From an uncultured virus (IMG/VR IMGVR_UViG_3300032167_000030) (lineage: Duplodnaviria > Heunggongvirae > Uroviricota > Caudoviricetes): a stretch of DNA of 64,000 nucleotides. The position numbers were made by a program, and so were the translations under genes. The DNA lies in IMG/VR virus record IMGVR_UViG_3300032167_000030. One strand, given 5' to 3'. A model generated the notes under the pieces. The model was not told the DNA's origin and ran no database searches. It was given only the letters and a program-made list of their open reading frames with translations. Positions 60,701-64,000 of the stretch are shown here, one piece after another (position 1 is the stretch's first letter; every line of letters begins with the position of its first letter).

Positions 60701-61579
60701 AACTTCTATAATGCTGATAGTCTAATCTATACCGCAAGAACAGAATATGGTAGTGATGCTATATTTGTTGGTGATCTACCTATAAAGTTAGATACTAAGC
60801 ATCCTGATCTATATGAATTTGTGGGATGGCAACCTAAACCTGAAGCTATTACTGGTACTATGAACTGTTATGCTCAGTACTATTTCATTGGTAGTGAAGA
60901 TACTGTATACCAATTTGTATTATCTGATTTCGATTATTCTCTAATGGATTCAAACCAAGATGGTGTCAAAGATGCTATATCTCTTGACATATATAATGGT
61001 GTTAATGCTATTGGTAGAATTCCTTCTACTTATGATTTAGATAAGACATATCTAGTTTATAAGATAGGTATAGGTGGAGGAGTTAAGGAAGTAACAGGTT
61101 TTAAAGATAAGGCAGATTTAGAAATAATCTACTTACCCAATACTATAGGTGTAATAGCACCATATGCATTCTGGGGTTGTACGAAACTAACTTTACTTGA
61201 TTTACCTGAAAGTCTTACTAGAATTGAAAGCTATTCATTTGCTGGTTGTAAGTCTCTTAAGACTGTTAAAATTCCTGAAAGCGTTACTAGTATAGGATCC
61301 ATGGGATTCTATGATTGTGGATTTACTGAAGTATATATTCCTAAGAACATTACTTATATAGGTATGTATGGTTTCGGTCAGTGTAAGGACTTAACTGAAA
61401 TTACTTTCAGTGCAGATATCGATTATAGTTCACTAACAATACATGCTGAAGCTTTCGATGACTGTCCTAACCTTACTACAATCAATGTACCTTGGTCTAA
61501 GGGTGACGTTTCAGGTGATAGCTCTAGATGGGGTGCTGTTAACGCAACTGTAAACTATAACTATGTGGAGGAAATGTGA
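54707..61579 (+). CDS. Large virion-associated protein: Mtd_N-like + coiled-coil repeats + CotH-like domain + leucine-rich/BspA-like repeats
   Basis: VQGTSS..FP.KNF, WKADF, DNRAKN, YDLDS; C-terminal L..I.LP.S...I...AF..C repeats. Confidence 0.7.
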   Translation: MSIVKHRRGSTERWNEVDPIIERGEIVVEYCEDGSTKLKVGNDEKFSNTPYIQGSDNVSGGGSSNVSNEQIEAINEKIDTIDESITDLTSRVETLENSEDSSVDLTDITSRVETLEALDINTKLETVNTNVSDLTSRVETLENSEDENVNVDLSPITNELADITARLEILENSGDIGNVDLSSITKELTNLSTRVETLENSGVNVDLSSITNELADITARLEILENSEVDIDLTPITEELTSLTNRVETLENSEVDIDLTPITNELADITARVETLENSEVDIDLTPITNELTSLNTNIADLTTRVETLENSEGENGSLENITNEIASINTDIADLTARVETNETGIAVANSRMDTFVALKDGSTTGDAELADIRVSYDGTTYETAGEAVRSLGNELSYLKNNLQDFIDADAVDGLYYNEGTNQLYLTSKGEPVGNSVTIVGGGGGGVEGYSLRIVNKMSSNILTVAQSKQNLISIEFYEKWGNVSTGKSGTVEISYKLSTDSEWIPFRRVINVLQGTPFSIDVAGILVKDTPVDIQFTVIGGESGEEYKRSLTFQITQVEAGISADRNFNPYARYTGNFEFKYLCIGLNLNKTVYFEIDDEICYEINIGTSHNTLIPQIIEMLGKYEYGVHDLKVYFKTEDGAMSNVLQYAILYDDGNGTAPMIGVNCKQTEYNYGDIISLDYVVYTPNQETTDELSIRVYSKDDQDNEIVYDTTELVGIINNKQQSWNGTSYPSSGTVYIEFKSKETIRTVELTINEIQSKYDLKSVSTGLIYSYSANGRSNNDVNKDVYKYAYTTSNGVKTQIEGQFTGFNWVSNGYIDNESLTLSGDSRHTIELPMFSTNYIDKEGQIVNLENIADATVTTSGRTFEIEFKVTNVTDINARIIECMSNDHAGFVITPQSCYLLSANGQNVKLDSTGFIENEESIAAAYIKDNTRIRVSFVIQPLKSISYTNDNGELITGQCINIFINGEFAKSFIYPDNARFVSDKYIKMGSNTCILNVYDIRIYNRGLNKDEILQNYKASPVVVQDKISRFEDNDILTDNTSDIDIDYYKAINKYPCLLITGDLSPYKDDDRNTGGTRYSGSILTKPDGNGSYTTEFSLMDRDSNGRYLCYNKVQGTSSVKFPIKNFKFYLRFDKNGESSKFKYALKGLDEEGNALSIPESTLCWKADFMSSDHANTFNANLADTLFTDITPSQLEDPRVQNTIYGFRCLLFRRNHENGDIYFVGDGALNNDKSNSKTFGLECDGDSGNNTTRQKWEFLNNTEALCSFQTDRFYEMVKTEEGSQVKRVTLGLESMYPDQGDLEDEGLEPNYDYLQLLFTWVYQRANFWDASTDTLDVPYTYQGVEYYSEYDYRKAIFVREFERHFNLNHTLVYYLFMEFIALCDNRAKNLFIKCEDVHAEQLIDIHGNEISINDVINMDTGEVNANMIDWENSSFAIWYPSLYDLDSGYGVENSGYLQIPYYADWSYQLNGTQKFNGYESRLWLMFEDAFANKIQATAQELTEKKVEEGALSYEALYKVHIEGNAKLVCPAVVNQDMTYKYEDPWVEGFVDYSSEGNPVRHISDYKYLQRGSRTEQKDAFIYRRSNMLYSKYKCKKFLNNNINFRCGTNGGVSAINSGISITANQTLYPAVKFGDGDAAVISGAKTDAGNVCVVTKPGSTSSDKVGFSDTIYIAGGTFLTDIGDISKFRPYELQLQNATGIRHLTIGSDEEGYENVQLKKIDTSSCRLLEELNVMGCTALGNLDLSKNGILKRLYASKSSVQSVILANGGVVEELYLGDIVDLEILNQANLKIFECTSYDSLNRLHIENTPNIPVFDILKNYMSQLTGGIRIVGLHESLEDDSFVRLLLSDDAKGKYIDASGTHIDDANRYPLISGSVHVPTIRGTMLKKMNKVYPELTVTYDTLVADITYMNDEGTTVLHQYTIYNGENATDIIKDGMYAKPTKDSTAQYDFTYGGWSRIANGDPDPNALKKIDEDITVYIAFHKAIKSYDINFYNADSLIYTARTEYGSDAIFVGDLPIKLDTKHPDLYEFVGWQPKPEAITGTMNCYAQYYFIGSEDTVYQFVLSDFDYSLMDSNQDGVKDAISLDIYNGVNAIGRIPSTYDLDKTYLVYKIGIGGGVKEVTGFKDKADLEIIYLPNTIGVIAPYAFWGCTKLTLLDLPESLTRIESYSFAGCKSLKTVKIPESVTSIGSMGFYDCGFTEVYIPKNITYIGMYGFGQCKDLTEITFSADIDYSSLTIHAEAFDDCPNLTTINVPWSKGDVSGDSSRWGAVNATVNYNYVEEM
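54960..55740 (+). repeat. Tandem ~75 bp coding repeats (DLTPITNELADITARVETLENSEVDI-like)
   Basis: Recurrent TAGAGTAGAAACA(C/T)TAGAAAATAGTGAAG. Confidence 0.85.
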
Positions 61580-61580
61580 T

Positions 61581-62225
61581 ATGTATAAAATAGTTCATGA
61601 AAGCATAGTTATTGACATTTTAAAAGAAGTAAAATACATGAGATTTTTACAAAAAGCTAAAATTGCTGTTATGACAGACAGACCTAGTGCAAACTGCATT
61701 TTAGCTTCTGATAATAAAGAGAAGTATCACGTTCAGGGTATGCCCTATCCTGAAGGTTCTGGTTATAAAACTGTATCTTTAGTAGAAATCTCAGAATCTG
61801 AGTATGAAAATCTTTCTCATCTGATAGAGAGTGGTGACACTGTTTGTGGAGATGAAAGTATACTAAATGATATAAGAGAGAAAAAGATAGAAGAAATGAG
61901 TAAGATTTGCAATCAAACTATTGTTAATGGTGTTACTGTTACTTTTAGTGACAATAAGAAACATCATTTCAGATTAACAATAGAAGATCAAATCAATCTA
62001 ATCTCTCTTAAATCATTGATTGAATCAGGTTCAAAAGAAGTAGTATATCATGAAACCGATAGTTTATGTAAGAGCTATAAGGCAAAAGATATATTATTAT
62101 TGATTAAAACTGCTGATGAACATAAAATATATCATACAACATACTTTAATAAGCTAAAACATTATATAAAAAGCTTATACGATATTGAAAAGATCAATAG
62201 TATTGAATATGGTATTATAATTTAA
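61581..62225 (+). CDS. DUF4376-like tail fibre-associated protein
   Basis: KKIEEMS..CNQTI.NG...HFRLT.EDQINL...YH.....C..Y...TTYFN.LK.YI. Confidence 0.65.
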   Translation: MYKIVHESIVIDILKEVKYMRFLQKAKIAVMTDRPSANCILASDNKEKYHVQGMPYPEGSGYKTVSLVEISESEYENLSHLIESGDTVCGDESILNDIREKKIEEMSKICNQTIVNGVTVTFSDNKKHHFRLTIEDQINLISLKSLIESGSKEVVYHETDSLCKSYKAKDILLLIKTADEHKIYHTTYFNKLKHYIKSLYDIEKINSIEYGIII

Positions 62226-62314
62226 CTAAAATATAAAAAGGGTAAACCTGAAATAATGGTTTACCCTTTTCTTTAAAAATTCTGAAGCTAATAAATTGAA
62301 AGGAGATATTGTAT

Positions 62315-64000
62315 ATGATTGAGACACCAATTAATACTAGAATACAAAATAAACATGATATTGAAGATAAATGGTTAGCAGCTACAAATTTCATACCTAA
62401 AGCTGGTGAATTAATCGTATACGATGTTGATAATAAGTATTCTTATACACGTATAAAAATAGGCGATGGTGAAACTACTGTTAATGATTTACCATTTGTG
62501 TATAGTATAAAAACTGGTGGAGATATTAATGTAGATTCTTTTGGTAATATTACTGTTAATGATTCTAGTCATAATCATAGTATGACTAATATAGAAGGTT
62601 TACAAGCTAAATTAGAAGAAATTTCTATGACTATAATTGAACCAGCAAATAATGATATTCCAAAAGTTTTTATTACTGGTGAAATGCCTACTACAAAAGA
62701 TGATGTAATAGCTGAAATGACTTATATATCAAAGACGCTTAAGTTTCATTCTTATATAAAAATTAAGTGTCAAGGTACATCTTCATTAAGATATCCTAAA
62801 AAGAATTTTACTATTAAATTATTCGAAGATAAAGAACGTACAATAAAATTAAAAAATAACTTTAGATGTTGGGGAGAACAGAATAAGTTCTGTTTAAAAG
62901 CAAATTGGATAGATATTTCTCATGCAAGAAATATTGTTTCAGCAAGAATATGGTCTGATATTGTAAAAACTCGTAAAAACTATAATGAACTTCCTGAATT
63001 ATTAACTACAAGTCCAAATCAAGGAGCAATTGATGGATTTTTTATAAAGGTTTATTATAATGGAGTTTATCAAGGTAGATATACTTGGAATATTCCAAAA
63101 GATGCTTGGATGACAAATATGGATGATAGTATTGATTCGCATTGTATTCTTTGTGGAGAGAATTATGATAGTGGTTGTTTTAGAGCACTACCAATTATTG
63201 ATGAAAGTGATTGGTCTGATGAAATTCATGATTCATGTCCTAATAGTATTAAGGCTAGATGGACTGAAGTAATTGATTTTGTTATAAATAGTTCTGATGA
63301 AGAATTTAAAACAAACTTAGATAACTATTTTGATATACCAAGTCTATTAGATTACCATATATTTGGTATTGCTATGTGTGGACTTGATTCTTATGGTAAG
63401 AATCAAATATACATGACATATGATGGCAATAAATGGATTGCATCTATGTATGATATGGACAGTACATGGGGTTTATATTGGAATGGAGAAACACTTGTTT
63501 CTTATGATTATGCTCGTACAAGTTTCGAAGATATGGTAAATGAACGTCAAGGAAATTTACTATATGAACGTTTAGAGCAAAATTTCTATAAAGAACTTCA
63601 AGATCGTTGGATAGAATTAAAAAATTCTGCATTATCTTTATCAAATATCATTAATAGATTTGAACGATTTACAGATGTTATATCTTCTGACTTAATAAAA
63701 GAAGATTATGCATCTACTACTGCTAATGGAAATTATGTTGGAATTCCATCTATTGCAAGAAACAATATTCAGCAAATAAGAAACTTTGCTGTTTTAAGAC
63801 GAGATTGGACTGATCACTATTTCAATATGTTATCACCAATCGAAAGAGTACCATGTACTGGTATTACATTATCTGTAACCGAACTTGTATTTACTAGTAG
63901 GGGAACTCAAACATTAATAGCAACTGTTGAACCAATAAATACTACAGATAGAATTATATGGTCTACTAATGATGACAGTGTTGCTACTGTAAAGATGGTG
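62315..64000 (+). CDS. Mtd_N-like + CotH kinase-like protein with Ig-like (Big_2) start, 3'-partial (not in ORF track)
   Basis: SD AAGGAG; MIETPINTRIQNKHD...PKAGE...KIGDG; IKCQGTSSLRYPKKNF, CLKANWID, DSYGKN, YDMDSTWG; frame open to the window end. Confidence 0.75.
   Translation, partial: MIETPINTRIQNKHDIEDKWLAATNFIPKAGELIVYDVDNKYSYTRIKIGDGETTVNDLPFVYSIKTGGDINVDSFGNITVNDSSHNHSMTNIEGLQAKLEEISMTIIEPANNDIPKVFITGEMPTTKDDVIAEMTYISKTLKFHSYIKIKCQGTSSLRYPKKNFTIKLFEDKERTIKLKNNFRCWGEQNKFCLKANWIDISHARNIVSARIWSDIVKTRKNYNELPELLTTSPNQGAIDGFFIKVYYNGVYQGRYTWNIPKDAWMTNMDDSIDSHCILCGENYDSGCFRALPIIDESDWSDEIHDSCPNSIKARWTEVIDFVINSSDEEFKTNLDNYFDIPSLLDYHIFGIAMCGLDSYGKNQIYMTYDGNKWIASMYDMDSTWGLYWNGETLVSYDYARTSFEDMVNERQGNLLYERLEQNFYKELQDRWIELKNSALSLSNIINRFERFTDVISSDLIKEDYASTTANGNYVGIPSIARNNIQQIRNFAVLRRDWTDHYFNMLSPIERVPCTGITLSVTELVFTSRGTQTLIATVEPINTTDRIIWSTNDDSVATVKMV

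Noticed and set aside
1..64000. tRNA or rRNA genes, and a diversity-generating retroelement behind the variable helices
   Set aside because: No cloverleaf or rRNA seen by eye. No reverse transcriptase or template repeat is in the window, and helix variation does not appear limited to adenines.

Overview
AT-rich jumbo myophage segment, probably AR9/PBS1-like and infecting a Firmicute (inferred from strong SD sequences and gene content). It encodes a multisubunit RNA polymerase beta-like subunit, a probable beta'-C fragment, a split family-B DNA polymerase, an SbcC ATPase, GroES, portal, tail tube, tail sheath, major capsid protein, prohead protease and a tail-fibre/CotH-like cluster. Seven group I introns can be mapped to the nucleotide: two in RNAP beta, two in portal, one in major capsid and two in prohead protease. 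Only one carries a conventional homing endonuclease. Four others carry, at the same position (the P6 loop), an antisense cassette with its own promoter-like and terminator-like ends. Two of these encode nuclease-less Myb/SANT-like tandem-repeat proteins with a near-invariant scaffold and a hypervariable predicted recognition helix, one is a five-gene operon, and one has no ORF. Also visible are a fixed-spacing promoter motif (CG-N19-TATATATNAT), AR9-type AACA-N6-TA late promoter motifs, a covarying small pseudoknot repeated three times, and hairpin-split ribosome-binding sites for capsid and sheath. All protein calls are from motif recognition by eye; no searches were run.
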